Shown here: one piece after another, positions 19,075 through 28,982 of the stretch | How positions within the stretch are numbered: position 1 is the first letter of the stretch | Layout of the letters: each line of letters opens with the position of its first letter | From: Chthoniobacterales bacterium | Lineage (GTDB): Bacteria; Verrucomicrobiota; Verrucomicrobiia; Chthoniobacterales; UBA10450 | Assembly (NCBI GenBank): GCA_035936875.1 | Contig: DASYVQ010000055.1 | Span: 1-59,314 of the forward strand | Length of the DNA: 59,314 nucleotides | Direction: 5' to 3' | Translations under genes and position numbers: made by a program | Notes under the pieces: generated by a model | Told to the model about the DNA's origin: nothing | The model's input: the letters and a program-made list of their open reading frames with translations, nothing else | Database searches by the model: none

Positions 19075-20638
19075 TTGAACCCGAATCTCTGGGCGACGGG
19101 ACATTAACGTTGGCGAGTTGAACGCCGGCCTCCTGCTGGCGATCGCGAAGCCATTCGAAAAATACAATTCGACGTGTGTTCTTAAGATAACGCTCGTCGA
19201 AGGCCGCCTTGCCCTGTTGATACTTTGCCGGATCGGGCGGTTCGCGTTTTTCGGGCAGGACGATGATCCCGCCCTCTTCCGTAGGTAAAAAGTCGCTCAC
19301 TTCGCCCGGCTGAACCTGAGCCGCGGCATTTTTAATCGCCATCATATCGGGCGATTCGTTCTTCGGTTTCTCCTCAGGTTTTTTTTGCTCGAGATCATCG
19401 GCCAGGATAAATGGTTCGACTTTGTCGGCCTTTAAACCGCCTGCCTTTTCGAGCGTAGACGAAAGTGGCGCGCCTGATTTCAAACCCTCGCGCAAAGTTC
19501 GCGGCACCAGCGTGCCCTTCGCCGTAACCATTTCGCGCTCACGCGTCGCTTTGATTGCATCGACAATTTTCGACTTCGCTTCATCGATGGTCAGCCCTCG
19601 TGCTTCGGCGATGCCGGCAAGATGCAAAATACAAAACCCATCTGGCGTTTGAATCGGATCCCTAGTCGGCTCTTGTGCAGTCAATAAAAACGCGGCCGCG
19701 CTGAGTTGTGGGTCGCTCTTCAGTTTCGGATCGGGCGCCGTGGCAGTGAACTCTCCCGTTGTTTGAATCGGCAGCTGAAATTTCGCGGCCACCTGCTGAA
19801 AATTTGCTCCCTTTTCGAGCAATGCCTGGCTCACGTCGTTTGCGCGATCAGCCAGCTTCTGCAAGGCGTCGATCCGCTCCTTGCCGGTTAATTTCTTCTG
19901 TTCGTCGGTCAGGGAAAGATTGACGAACTCGATCTTGCGCTTCTCCTCCGTCTTTAACTCGGCTTTGTGCGCTTCATAATATTTCCGGATATCGTCGTCG
20001 GTCACTTTTACTTCTTTGGCGAAGTCTGCGGCACGCAACCGAACGACGCTGACAAAGTTTTTGCCGTAAATCTGTTCGTAATCCGATTTACTTTGCGATT
20101 CGGGGAGCGAGACGGCCGACCCCAAAAGCTGCTTGATTCGATCCAAGCAAATCTGGTCCCGCGCCAGCTCTTCAATTTGTGCTTCGGTAAAACCGTTCGG
20201 TCCAAGCAAATTCTGCACGACGTCTTCGTATTTCTTGGGATCGAAACCGGACGCGCCACGAAACGCAGACAGGTTCCGCACAAGATCGACAATTTCCGAC
20301 TGGGCCGGCTGAATCCCGAGCCGCTCCGCTTCATGCTGCAGAACGATCAAGTTCACCGCAAATTGTGCGTAGACTTCTTCCCTGCCTGCATCCCGCCTGG
20401 TCGTCCCGCCGACCATATCCTGTAAAAAATCGATCATGCCGAGGTCGCGGGCCAGTTCGAATAAGCGTGCATCCCGCCGCGCTTCGATTGACGAAATGCT
20501 GCGCCCGTAAATCTGGCCGAGTTGATCCGGGCGAATCGCGCTGTAATCCGTTTTTACGAAATAAATACAAAACGGCAGGGCCAGGATCGCGATCACGATC
20601 ATGAGCCAGTTACGATGCTTGCGAAGAATTTTGATCAT
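19064..20638 (-). CDS. PpiD/SurA-like periplasmic chaperone (peptidyl-prolyl isomerase family)
   Basis: 524 aa. N-terminal anchor MIKILRKHRNWLMIVIAILALPF is followed by a long periplasmic domain typical of PpiD-like proteins. Confidence 0.65.
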   Translation of the reverse strand: MIKILRKHRNWLMIVIAILALPFCIYFVKTDYSAIRPDQLGQIYGRSISSIEARRDARLFELARDLGMIDFLQDMVGGTTRRDAGREEVYAQFAVNLIVLQHEAERLGIQPAQSEIVDLVRNLSAFRGASGFDPKKYEDVVQNLLGPNGFTEAQIEELARDQICLDRIKQLLGSAVSLPESQSKSDYEQIYGKNFVSVVRLRAADFAKEVKVTDDDIRKYYEAHKAELKTEEKRKIEFVNLSLTDEQKKLTGKERIDALQKLADRANDVSQALLEKGANFQQVAAKFQLPIQTTGEFTATAPDPKLKSDPQLSAAAFLLTAQEPTRDPIQTPDGFCILHLAGIAEARGLTIDEAKSKIVDAIKATREREMVTAKGTLVPRTLREGLKSGAPLSSTLEKAGGLKADKVEPFILADDLEQKKPEEKPKNESPDMMAIKNAAAQVQPGEVSDFLPTEEGGIIVLPEKREPPDPAKYQQGKAAFDERYLKNTRRIVFFEWLRDRQQEAGVQLANVNVPSPRDSGSTTN

Positions 20639-20707
20639 AAACTTCTAATTCGTCCGGGCGCTGAATTTACGGCGGGTTCGGAGCGCGCCAACCTTATTTT
20701 TGATGGA

Positions 20708-20729
20708 GGGACGACCTCTGTGTCGTCCC
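20708..20729 (-). terminator. Hairpin just after the decarboxylase stop (possible terminator, no clear U-tract)
   Basis: GGGACGAC-CTCTGT-GTCGTCCC. Confidence 0.3.
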
Positions 20730-20734
20730 AAATA

Positions 20735-22192
20735 TTAGGGACGCGCCGGAGCGCATCCTTCCACTGTCTTTTGAATCAATTCCCAGGCGGTGCGCAAGTG
20801 TCGCTCGGTCGTGAGGATATTTCCGAAACCGATCCGCATGACGGTGCGGCCGTGCAGTTTTGTTTGGGTAAGATAGACGCGGCCGGAGGCGTTGATCCGC
20901 TCCACGATCTCGCTGTTCAACATGTCGATCTTGTCTTCGTCCGTGGCGACGAATCGAAAACAAACAACCGGCATCACGATCGGCGCCGCCAGCTCGAAGC
21001 GTTTGTCGTTCCTGATCCAGCCGGCGAGAAGATTTGCGAGGCGCAGATGATCGCGAATGCGCGCAGCCATTCCGTCACGGCCGAAGGCGCGCCAAACGAC
21101 CCACGCTTTGAGTGCGCGAAATCTTCGCCCCAGCTGCACGCCGTAATCCATGTAGTTGATTTCTGCGCCGACCGGATCGCGCAGATGCAGATACTCCGGG
21201 ACGAGGGTGAAGAGGCGTCGCAACCGGCCGATGTCGCGCACATAAAGGGCGCTGAAATCCAGCGGCACAAAAAGCATTTTGTGCGGATTGATGACAATGG
21301 AGTCTGCTTCGTTCCAACCATCAGTGATCCATTTGCACTCGGGTAAGAGCGCCAGCCCGGCGCCGTAAGCGCCATCGATGTGGAGCCACATTTTGTGCTC
21401 GTGGCAGATTTTCGCGATCTCCGGCACGGGATCCACGCTAGCCGTCGATGTTGTGCCAACGGTCGCAACTGTGGCAAGCGGTTTGAATTTCTCGCGCTGA
21501 TCGCGCTCGACCATCGCGCGCAGCGCCGCCACATCCATTCGGAATTCGGCATCGCTCGGCACGCGCTGCACATTTTCTTCCCCGATCCCGAGCGCGATGG
21601 CCCCCTTCTCAACCGAGCTGTGTGCTTGATCGGAAGTGTAAATGCGAAAAATCGGCAGATTGCGTCCGCTCAATCCAAGCTTGCGCGCGTTCGGTGCAAC
21701 TTGTTCACGCGCCGTGGCCAGCGCGTGCATGGTCGAAATCGAAGCCGTATCGTAAACGACGCCTGTGAACTCGTTAGGCAACCCAAGCCATTGCCGCAGC
21801 CAGTCAAGCACGAGCGTCTCCAATTCCGTCGCGGCCGGCGATGTGCGCCAGGTCATGGCGTTGACGTTCAGCGCGCCGGTCATCATTTCGGCAAGAATGC
21901 CCGGACTTGTCGTAGTGCAACCGAAGTAACTCATGAATTGCGGGTGTGCCCAGTGGGCCACGCCCGGAACGATGACGCGGTCGATCTCGGCGAAAATTTC
22001 TTTGAGTGCCGAAGCCGTTTCCGGCGGCGCAGTATCCAACTGCGCCAGAACCGCGCCCGGTTTCGCATTCGGAGAAATTCGCCGCTCGGCGATTTTTTCC
22101 CGATAATCAGCGATCCAATCCGCGAGCTTGTGCAGCTCATCGCGAAAAACTTCCGGCGGAATATCGCCAAGATTGTCTTGTCGATCTTTCAT
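20735..22192 (-). CDS. Group II PLP-dependent decarboxylase (aromatic-L-amino-acid/tyrosine decarboxylase-like)
   Basis: HPQFMSYF, SDQAHSS, and NPHK (PLP lysine). Start moved to MKDRQDNL because the first 15 track codons (MRRPQGGGY...) are read from the REP element. Confidence 0.85.
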   Translation of the reverse strand: MKDRQDNLGDIPPEVFRDELHKLADWIADYREKIAERRISPNAKPGAVLAQLDTAPPETASALKEIFAEIDRVIVPGVAHWAHPQFMSYFGCTTTSPGILAEMMTGALNVNAMTWRTSPAATELETLVLDWLRQWLGLPNEFTGVVYDTASISTMHALATAREQVAPNARKLGLSGRNLPIFRIYTSDQAHSSVEKGAIALGIGEENVQRVPSDAEFRMDVAALRAMVERDQREKFKPLATVATVGTTSTASVDPVPEIAKICHEHKMWLHIDGAYGAGLALLPECKWITDGWNEADSIVINPHKMLFVPLDFSALYVRDIGRLRRLFTLVPEYLHLRDPVGAEINYMDYGVQLGRRFRALKAWVVWRAFGRDGMAARIRDHLRLANLLAGWIRNDKRFELAAPIVMPVVCFRFVATDEDKIDMLNSEIVERINASGRVYLTQTKLHGRTVMRIGFGNILTTERHLRTAWELIQKTVEGCAPARP

Positions 22193-22210
22193 GGGTCGTT
22201 CAATGCCACT

Positions 22211-22263
22211 GTAGCCGCCGCCCTGTGGGCGGCGCAACGCTTCGCACAGCGAAGCGGCTACAA
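22211..22263. repeat. REP doublet (GTAGCCGC family), downstream flank of the RAYT gene
   Basis: gtagccgccgccctgtgggcggcgcaacgcttcgcacagcgaagcggctacaa. Outer 5-bp stem GTAGC/GCTAC encloses hairpins CGCCGCCC-TGT-GGGCGGCG and CGCTTCG-CACAG-CGAAGCG. Confidence 0.9.
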
Positions 22264-22722
22264 CTAGGCGCGATCAATGATCACAATTTCGCCTGAATAT
22301 GGCCACTCTTCGGCATTGCCCACGTAGCCCGCACGTATTGGATTCGCGCGAACATAATCCCACTTTTCGCCGTAGCTCTCGTCATTTCGCAATACATGGT
22401 CAAAAAAACCACGCTGCCAAATTGGTTTTGCCGATTGTCCGATTCGTCTAGCCAGAAACTGCTTCAATGTTCCGACCCAACGCCCAAGTTGAAAATCATC
22501 AGGACCACAGACAAACAAATGCAAATGGTCCGGCATGATGACATAGCGGCCAACAGCAATGTTGTGATCATCGTAGGCGCGGACACCGAACTCACGAAAC
22601 GAGACATTTACCGCGGGGCTTATAAGGATCTTTCTCCGCCGGTAGGTGCAGAACGTCACGAAATAAAGCGGGTTTCTTGCGAACACCCAATCCAAGCGGG
22701 GCGGTAGTCCGGGGAATCTCAT
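22264..22722 (-). CDS. REP-associated tyrosine transposase (RAYT, IS200/IS605 Y1 transposase-like)
   Basis: HUH motif PDHLHLFV and catalytic-Tyr region WDYVRANPIRAGYV. Start set at MRFPGLPP because upstream track codons come from the REP. The stop abuts the downstream REP. Confidence 0.85.
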   Translation of the reverse strand: MRFPGLPPRLDWVFARNPLYFVTFCTYRRRKILISPAVNVSFREFGVRAYDDHNIAVGRYVIMPDHLHLFVCGPDDFQLGRWVGTLKQFLARRIGQSAKPIWQRGFFDHVLRNDESYGEKWDYVRANPIRAGYVGNAEEWPYSGEIVIIDRA

Positions 22723-22740
22723 GGAAGGAACTTTGCGAAT

Positions 22741-22793
22741 GTAGCCGCCGCCCTGTGGGCGGCGCAACGCTTCGCACAGCGAAGCGGCTACAA
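22741..22793. repeat. REP doublet (GTAGCCGC family), upstream flank of the RAYT gene
   Basis: Identical 53 bp to 22211..22263. Confidence 0.9.
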
Positions 22794-22794
22794 T

Positions 22795-24963
22795 TCAAAA
22801 TGCGAATCCGAAACTGAAATGGAACGCGCCGACGTCCTCGCCCGTTTGACGATCCGGATTAAACCCGTAATCGAGCCGGATGGGACCGATCGGCAATTTG
22901 TAGCGCAGGCCAAGACCGAGCGCATAACGCATGTCGTCCACTCCCAGTTCTTCGGACGTGGGCAAAAGATCGCCGGCATCGAAAAATGCCGCGCCCTGCA
23001 ACTCGCCGTAGATCGGAAAAGTGTACTCGACATTAAAGACGGTGAAGAACTCGCCGCCGATCGGATTACGCTTCGGATCGTGCGGGCCGAGGTCGCGCTC
23101 GCCGAAACTTCGCACGCTGGTAGCGCCGCCGTTAAAAAAGCGTTCGTCGATTGGAATCGTTGTTGGTTCGTCCGGACCGGAGTGATTGAGCGAATGAACA
23201 AGACCGGCGCGCGCGCCGAACGCGAGCGCCGATTGCTGGAACCAACGCTGCAGCGACGGAGTCGGTTGGTCCTCGATCACTCCCGGCGTTAATGATTTCG
23301 GCCCGAACGGAAGAAAATAGGCGATGCGTCCAGTGCCGCGGATGAGTTCGATGTCGCTGCCGAAAGCAGTGGATGCCGCGTCGATAGTACCATTGACGAT
23401 AAGACCGCGAGGCGAGACGAGCGGACTTTCCCGGAAATCGAGTGTTTGGGTTAAACCGAGCGAGTTTGCGAAATAGGAAGTGTCACCCAAAAATCGAGTG
23501 GCGATTGAGGTGGTTGTTACTTCGACATGCCGCACTGCGAAAATTAGCCCGACCTCGTATTGTTTCGTGATTTTGCGCGTGAGCTCAACGCGGTCGCCGA
23601 GCTCGAATTTTGAGTAGCCATCGTAATCAAAAGTGAAAGCCCCTAAACGGTTCTTGAAACCGAAATCGGTGTCGAAAAGAAATGGATCTTCGAAAAGCAC
23701 CTCGCCTTTGTACCCGCGTTGCGAGACTTCGATCGAAGTAGTGATCGGACGCCCGTAACCAAACATGTCGCGGTCGCGATATTGAATCCCAAAAATTCCG
23801 CCTTGGAACGTGCCGTAACCAATCGACAAACCGAGCTCCTTGCTCTTGGCTTCTTCCGCGGAAATATCGAGCCGAAGTAAATCTCCCTCCACCGGCGTCG
23901 GCTTGATCTGCAAAACATTGAAGAGCCCGGTGCGCATGAGCGTGCGGAATTTTTCGTCGAGAACATCCGGGCTGTAGGTTTTCCCGCTCAGACTGCTAAA
24001 GCGTTTGGTGACATAACTCGGGTGCAAGCGGTCGAGTCCGCTCACGCTCACGTCGCCGAAATGATAAAGTGGACCCGGCGCGATCGTCACCTGCACCGGG
24101 ATACGTCCACTTTCCGCCGTGGTCGGGTCGGCCGTCGCTTCCACTTTGATAGCGTAGTAACCGCGCGCCTTGAAATAAGCTTGCAGCCGTCGCGGGATAT
24201 CGTCGACTCGCGCGTCGGTGTAAGGCTGCTTCAGCAAATCATCCAGCTGTCCGCGCAACGCTTCCGGACCATAGATTGTCTGCCCCGAGAACGAAACGTC
24301 GCCGAAAAAATATTGGCGGCCTTCGTGGACGGGAATGGTCACGTCCACCTGGTTGGCCTCGTTGCGGTAAGTGAAACGCGGTGGATCGATAACGACGTCG
24401 AGATAACCTTCCGCGACATAAAGCCGATGCACGAGGTCCGCGCCTTCCTGGATGTCATTGGCGACAAAGGGCAGGTTGCGCTGCAATTTTGAATAGCGCT
24501 CCCGCGTTGGTCCTACAGCGAAATCGAAAAGCTTCTGCGTTGGTTCCGCAACGTTTCCTTCAAAGGTAACCATGCCGAGCGTCATCAACGCACCTTCATC
24601 GATTTCGAGCTGCAATCGATCGCCGCCCTCGATCTTGTAATGCACGCTCACTTTTAGGAAGCCGTGCTTGCGATAAAAGACTTCGAGGAAAAAAGCGAGA
24701 TCGTCTGCGCGCGCCGGCGTCAGTGCGAGCTCGTTTAGGGTGGCGATCTGCTCTTTCAATTGCGAGCGCAGTTCCTTTTCGCCGAAGCTCCGCTCGCCGC
24801 TGAACTCAATGTTCGTGGTGTGTTGCGCTCGTTTTTCCTGCTGCTTCGCTACTTCGTGCTCTTCTTTTGCTTTTTCTTCCGGCTTCGGCACGTCGATCGC
24901 GCTTTGTCCCGCGAGGTTGGAGACAACAAAAGCGCTACAGAGAAAAAGAAATGCGGGGCGCAT
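22795..24963 (-). CDS. Omp85 family outer-membrane protein assembly factor (BamA/TamA-like)
   Basis: 722 aa with a signal peptide, POTRA-like repeats and a C-terminal beta-barrel ending ...FHFSFGFAF. Confidence 0.85.
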   Translation of the reverse strand: MRPAFLFLCSAFVVSNLAGQSAIDVPKPEEKAKEEHEVAKQQEKRAQHTTNIEFSGERSFGEKELRSQLKEQIATLNELALTPARADDLAFFLEVFYRKHGFLKVSVHYKIEGGDRLQLEIDEGALMTLGMVTFEGNVAEPTQKLFDFAVGPTRERYSKLQRNLPFVANDIQEGADLVHRLYVAEGYLDVVIDPPRFTYRNEANQVDVTIPVHEGRQYFFGDVSFSGQTIYGPEALRGQLDDLLKQPYTDARVDDIPRRLQAYFKARGYYAIKVEATADPTTAESGRIPVQVTIAPGPLYHFGDVSVSGLDRLHPSYVTKRFSSLSGKTYSPDVLDEKFRTLMRTGLFNVLQIKPTPVEGDLLRLDISAEEAKSKELGLSIGYGTFQGGIFGIQYRDRDMFGYGRPITTSIEVSQRGYKGEVLFEDPFLFDTDFGFKNRLGAFTFDYDGYSKFELGDRVELTRKITKQYEVGLIFAVRHVEVTTTSIATRFLGDTSYFANSLGLTQTLDFRESPLVSPRGLIVNGTIDAASTAFGSDIELIRGTGRIAYFLPFGPKSLTPGVIEDQPTPSLQRWFQQSALAFGARAGLVHSLNHSGPDEPTTIPIDERFFNGGATSVRSFGERDLGPHDPKRNPIGGEFFTVFNVEYTFPIYGELQGAAFFDAGDLLPTSEELGVDDMRYALGLGLRYKLPIGPIRLDYGFNPDRQTGEDVGAFHFSFGFAF

Positions 24964-27900
24964 CAGCGAAATCGGATGAGGTATTTTACCATACCGCGAT
25001 AATCGCCGCCGACGCCGAGATCGCCCAGGACCACAAATTGATCGTTGATCTTAAAACGCGCCGTTGCCTGCTGTTGTCCAGTGCGAGGGTCGACTGTCCC
25101 GACGTCCAGATCCAACCGGTCGAAGACCGAATTGCTCTGCGTCGCCTGGCCTTTCTTAAAAACTTTCCGGTAAAGTTGCTGCACAAGCAACATCGCGGCG
25201 CGTCCAGCAAGCACGTTGTTGTTGCCGGTTAATTCCTCTCTAGTGGTGCCGGTTGCAAGCAACGAAATAATTTCTTCCTGAGGCAACGGCGGTTCGCTCG
25301 TGAAAATGGCCTGCGGCGCGTTCAAAGTTCCGTAAACGTAAACGCGCACGGTGTAATCGCGGATGATGGACGTGCCGTGCAAATCGATTTTCGGGTTCAA
25401 TGAATCGCTCGGATCAAAATAAAGAAAGCCGGAAGAAATTTCCATTCGGCTGAACGGAAGCGTCGCCTCAACATTGTCGAGCCGCACCCAGCCTTGCAAA
25501 CCGGGGCGCAAGCCGGTGCCGGCCAAATGCAAATCGCTAGTCGCGCCGCCGGTGGCGAGATTGCCGCGAATGAGAACCGGATCTTTTGTTTTGATAGTCA
25601 CATCAAATTTCCAATCGCGGAATGGCCGCTGCGAAATCGAAAAATCCGTACGCGAGGAAGGCGGTTGCGGCGCCGGCCGCCCCGGCAAACCGATCGGGAT
25701 GAGATCGATGTTTTTCAGGAACTGACTGTTAGTCATCGCCACGTTGCCCGTCACGTTTGCACTGGTAAGCGGCCCGACCACTTTGAGATCCGCGTCCGCA
25801 CGGGCCGTAATCGTATCGTTGCGCGTCACAAGCACGCTGTCCGCTTTCAGGTGCAGATCGAGGTTGGCGTTCGTCAATTTCGGAAACGTGGCGTGCCCGG
25901 TTAATGTAAAGCGCCCGCCGGAAAGGTCGCCGCTAAATTTCTCGATGCTGAGCGTGTCCTGGGCAAAGCTCAGTCGCGCTTTAAAGTCTTTCAGCGCCGG
26001 AAAAGTTGTGTTGCCGGAGCGGGCTACATTTATGGTCATGTCGGCCGTGCCGGTGAAGAACGGTTTCGCGACTGTTCCGAGGACATCGACATCCACCGCC
26101 ACGTCGCCATCCAGTTCCTGAATTTCCGGCACAATTTGGCGGACAAAATTTACTGGACTGCGCGGGAGGCGAATTTTTGCGGTCACCGGCGTGTCGTCCG
26201 GCAATTTTCCTTGGCGGGTAATTTTCGGGACATCGAACGGCAAATTTGCCGTTAACTCCAGTGGTTGAATCTTGGCCTGCTGCAGTTTGCCAGAAATAGA
26301 CAACCGATCGTGCTGCGATTGTACGGTCAAATCGAAGCTGGCCGGCTCAAGCTTCTCAAACTTCTCGCTGCGCAAATTGCGCATCTGCACATCGAGCCTC
26401 GCATTCAAATCCGCGAGCGTTCCATGCGCATCGAGTTTCACATTCACTGTCCCCGAGGCGGCAGGTTCCAGGCCCACATCCTGGAAAAGCTTTTTGATGT
26501 CGATGTTGTCGGACTGAAACGTCGCGGTCACCTTTCCGCTCGGCGGCAAGACCGGCGCATCGGTCCCGAGATTTTTCCAGACGAAAGGAATCGAGATGTA
26601 ACCTCCCGCGTACTTCGCTTCACCCTGGTCGAGTTGGATCTTTGTGATCTCCAGCGTCTCGCCCTTGGCCTGGACGATGGCTTGGAAATCCATCTTGTCG
26701 CTCCGCACAAAAATCAGCGGAATATCCAAGCCGTCCGGCGAATAGGTCGCGTCCGCATTTGCCTGCAACGATTTGGCGCTGCCGTAACGGCCCTTATCGA
26801 AAACGAGCTTTAATTTTCCGGTGTTCTTGAACTTGGCCGCGTCGCCGCTTCCTTCCCAGTTCATCACAAACGAGCCGGCCAATTCATTCTCGTTGCCGTA
26901 AGCGTGCAGCAACGGTTTCAGCTTCGATAAGTCGGAGACGTTCGCCGATAATTTCCCGCTGTAATGATAAGGCGCGCGAAGATCGACAATCCCAGTTGCG
27001 CCGACAAAGTCCTGCTCGTTCAGATTCGCGCTGAAGTCGTTTACGTAAACGACATTGTTGAATATCGAAAATTGCGCATTGAATTGTTTGAAGACCAGAT
27101 CGCGCATTCGAAGATTCGCGCCAAAGATCGACCATTGCCCGTTGCCGATCCCCTTCTTCCACTCGATTTGTCCTGCGGCTTGCAACGGCCCGCTCACCTT
27201 GTCCGCCGATTCCGCCGTCCAGTAATCCGCCATCTCTGTTGCCGCTAACGCGAACTCGAGCTGCGCCGTTTGCGGCAACACGCGCGGAAAATTTTCCGGC
27301 AACCAATAACGGCCGTGCACGGTCAAAAGATTTTGTTTCCGCTCGAGCGTCAGCTTTTCCACGTCCAAAACATCATCGGCGTTCGTTAAGGTCCCCTGCG
27401 CGGAATCGAACAGGTAGTCGCGATAACGTATCTTAGACATGTCCAGGCTCACGGACGAGCGCAGGTCCGCGTACCACGCTTTTTTGACGCCGGGCCGAGG
27501 CATTGCCTTTGACGCTTTAACATTGGCAGTCAGTTTTTCAATCTTCCCATCCGCGAAGCCAATCGCATCCGCGGTCACATCAAGGTTCGCGTCGATCTTG
27601 GCGTTTACGATGTCGATCTTGCCATTTACCGCGGCTGAGCCGATAAGCGGTTCGGCCGTGCGCGCCGTGAGCTCGCGCAAGTCGGGCGTTTTAGCAGCGA
27701 TTTCCAGCGTCGCTGGACTGCGCCCGAATTCTTTCGGGTTCTCCGGCAGTTTCGCCGATCCCTGAAAATGAAATTCATTTTGCCCTTGAACAAAATCGGC
27801 TGATCGCAAAGTCGCCGTTCCGTCGCGCGCGGTCACGTCCAGGGTGCCGTGATCGAAAGCGATTTCTTGTCCAAGGAAATTATTAACGCGCGCGGAAAGT

Positions 27901-28844
27901 GTGCCGTTCCAGGTACGCGGTGTCCCGAGCACGCCGGTTCCGTCGACAATGACGCGTTGGATTTCACCGCTCATGAAATTTTCCGGCAACGTCAGATATT
28001 TGTTGAGCGCATCGGCCGCAACATTTTCCGCCAGCAAATGAAGCGTCGTCTTCAACGATGACGCTGTCTCACTCAAGGTGATCGCGCTCGAGATCGTTCC
28101 GCCGCCAATCGTTCCATCGAGCTTGAACAACAGGACGTTGGATCCAATTTTTGACGCATCCACATTTAACGAGCGAATTCGTTCCTGGTCGTTCAGGACC
28201 AAATCGCGCAGAAGCAGATTCTTGTTCGCATAGGAAGTTTGCGCCGCGATTTTCGACCAGGCTTGCGCCGTCGGCAGTTGCAAATTCCCGATCCGCAATT
28301 GGCCAGGTGCGCGCGGATTCAAGTCAAGATCGACATGTTCAAGGACGAAATCGTGCGGCTTATTCCGGACGATGAGCGTGACGTCGGACAAATGCACGCG
28401 GTCGGGAAATACCGATGGCAGCGTGATTCGCCTTTGAATTTTTGGTGCGCGCGGTTTGAGCGGCACTTCCGTGGGATTCAAAACGATCCGGGCCGAACGG
28501 ATTTCGACGTTTCGAAAAAACTGCGACATTCCATGGCGGACAAGGCCGAAGAGACTGTAATCCGCGTGGGCAAAAGCGACATCGATCGATTCGACATCGG
28601 TCGATCCGGTCGGAACAACGTGAAGATTGCGGATGGTCAGGTTTGTGAAGACACTGCCCTCCGCGCGAAAATCCATTTTTAGATTTTCCCCCGCCGCATT
28701 ATGACGCGCGATCTTGCGGACGAGGCTTAATAGAACGGGGCGATGGAAAACCAACAGCAACGCGCAGAACAGAAGCGCCGCCACGATTGCGCGGCGCCGC
28801 CACCCCCAACCCGTTCCGGAGGTCGTCTGACCATCTTCACCCAC
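24963..28844 (-). CDS. tamB: TamB-like translocation and assembly module protein
   Basis: 1293 aa with a GTG start and an N-terminal anchor. Long beta-rich repetitive body and a DUF490-like C-terminus. TGATG overlap with the Omp85 gene. Confidence 0.75.
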   Translation of the reverse strand: MGEDGQTTSGTGWGWRRRAIVAALLFCALLLVFHRPVLLSLVRKIARHNAAGENLKMDFRAEGSVFTNLTIRNLHVVPTGSTDVESIDVAFAHADYSLFGLVRHGMSQFFRNVEIRSARIVLNPTEVPLKPRAPKIQRRITLPSVFPDRVHLSDVTLIVRNKPHDFVLEHVDLDLNPRAPGQLRIGNLQLPTAQAWSKIAAQTSYANKNLLLRDLVLNDQERIRSLNVDASKIGSNVLLFKLDGTIGGGTISSAITLSETASSLKTTLHLLAENVAADALNKYLTLPENFMSGEIQRVIVDGTGVLGTPRTWNGTLSARVNNFLGQEIAFDHGTLDVTARDGTATLRSADFVQGQNEFHFQGSAKLPENPKEFGRSPATLEIAAKTPDLRELTARTAEPLIGSAAVNGKIDIVNAKIDANLDVTADAIGFADGKIEKLTANVKASKAMPRPGVKKAWYADLRSSVSLDMSKIRYRDYLFDSAQGTLTNADDVLDVEKLTLERKQNLLTVHGRYWLPENFPRVLPQTAQLEFALAATEMADYWTAESADKVSGPLQAAGQIEWKKGIGNGQWSIFGANLRMRDLVFKQFNAQFSIFNNVVYVNDFSANLNEQDFVGATGIVDLRAPYHYSGKLSANVSDLSKLKPLLHAYGNENELAGSFVMNWEGSGDAAKFKNTGKLKLVFDKGRYGSAKSLQANADATYSPDGLDIPLIFVRSDKMDFQAIVQAKGETLEITKIQLDQGEAKYAGGYISIPFVWKNLGTDAPVLPPSGKVTATFQSDNIDIKKLFQDVGLEPAASGTVNVKLDAHGTLADLNARLDVQMRNLRSEKFEKLEPASFDLTVQSQHDRLSISGKLQQAKIQPLELTANLPFDVPKITRQGKLPDDTPVTAKIRLPRSPVNFVRQIVPEIQELDGDVAVDVDVLGTVAKPFFTGTADMTINVARSGNTTFPALKDFKARLSFAQDTLSIEKFSGDLSGGRFTLTGHATFPKLTNANLDLHLKADSVLVTRNDTITARADADLKVVGPLTSANVTGNVAMTNSQFLKNIDLIPIGLPGRPAPQPPSSRTDFSISQRPFRDWKFDVTIKTKDPVLIRGNLATGGATSDLHLAGTGLRPGLQGWVRLDNVEATLPFSRMEISSGFLYFDPSDSLNPKIDLHGTSIIRDYTVRVYVYGTLNAPQAIFTSEPPLPQEEIISLLATGTTREELTGNNNVLAGRAAMLLVQQLYRKVFKKGQATQSNSVFDRLDLDVGTVDPRTGQQQATARFKINDQFVVLGDLGVGGDYRGMVKYLIRFR

Positions 28845-28982
28845 GAGGGGCTTACTCTATTTCCACGAGGGCAAAGAGCAACTGGCCACGGAGTTGCGCG
28901 TCAACGGTCGGCCTAACAAGTTCTCGATACGTCGGTTCGACGTTGCGCGCGACGGCGTCTCGCGTCACGCTCTTACTGAGAA

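Larger units (their letters stand above)
22211..22793 (-). mobile_element. RAYT gene bracketed by two identical REP doublets
   Basis: Identical 53-bp elements in direct orientation at 22211..22263 and 22741..22793 flank an IS200-like Y1 transposase gene. Confidence 0.8.

Noticed and set aside
22193-22237. N-terminal extension MRRPQGGGY on the decarboxylase ORF; the same peptide also heads the RAYT ORF at 22723-22767
   Set aside because: The identical peptide comes from reading through the identical REP elements. Internal Met codons (MKDRQDNL, MRFPGLPP) give sensible N-termini.
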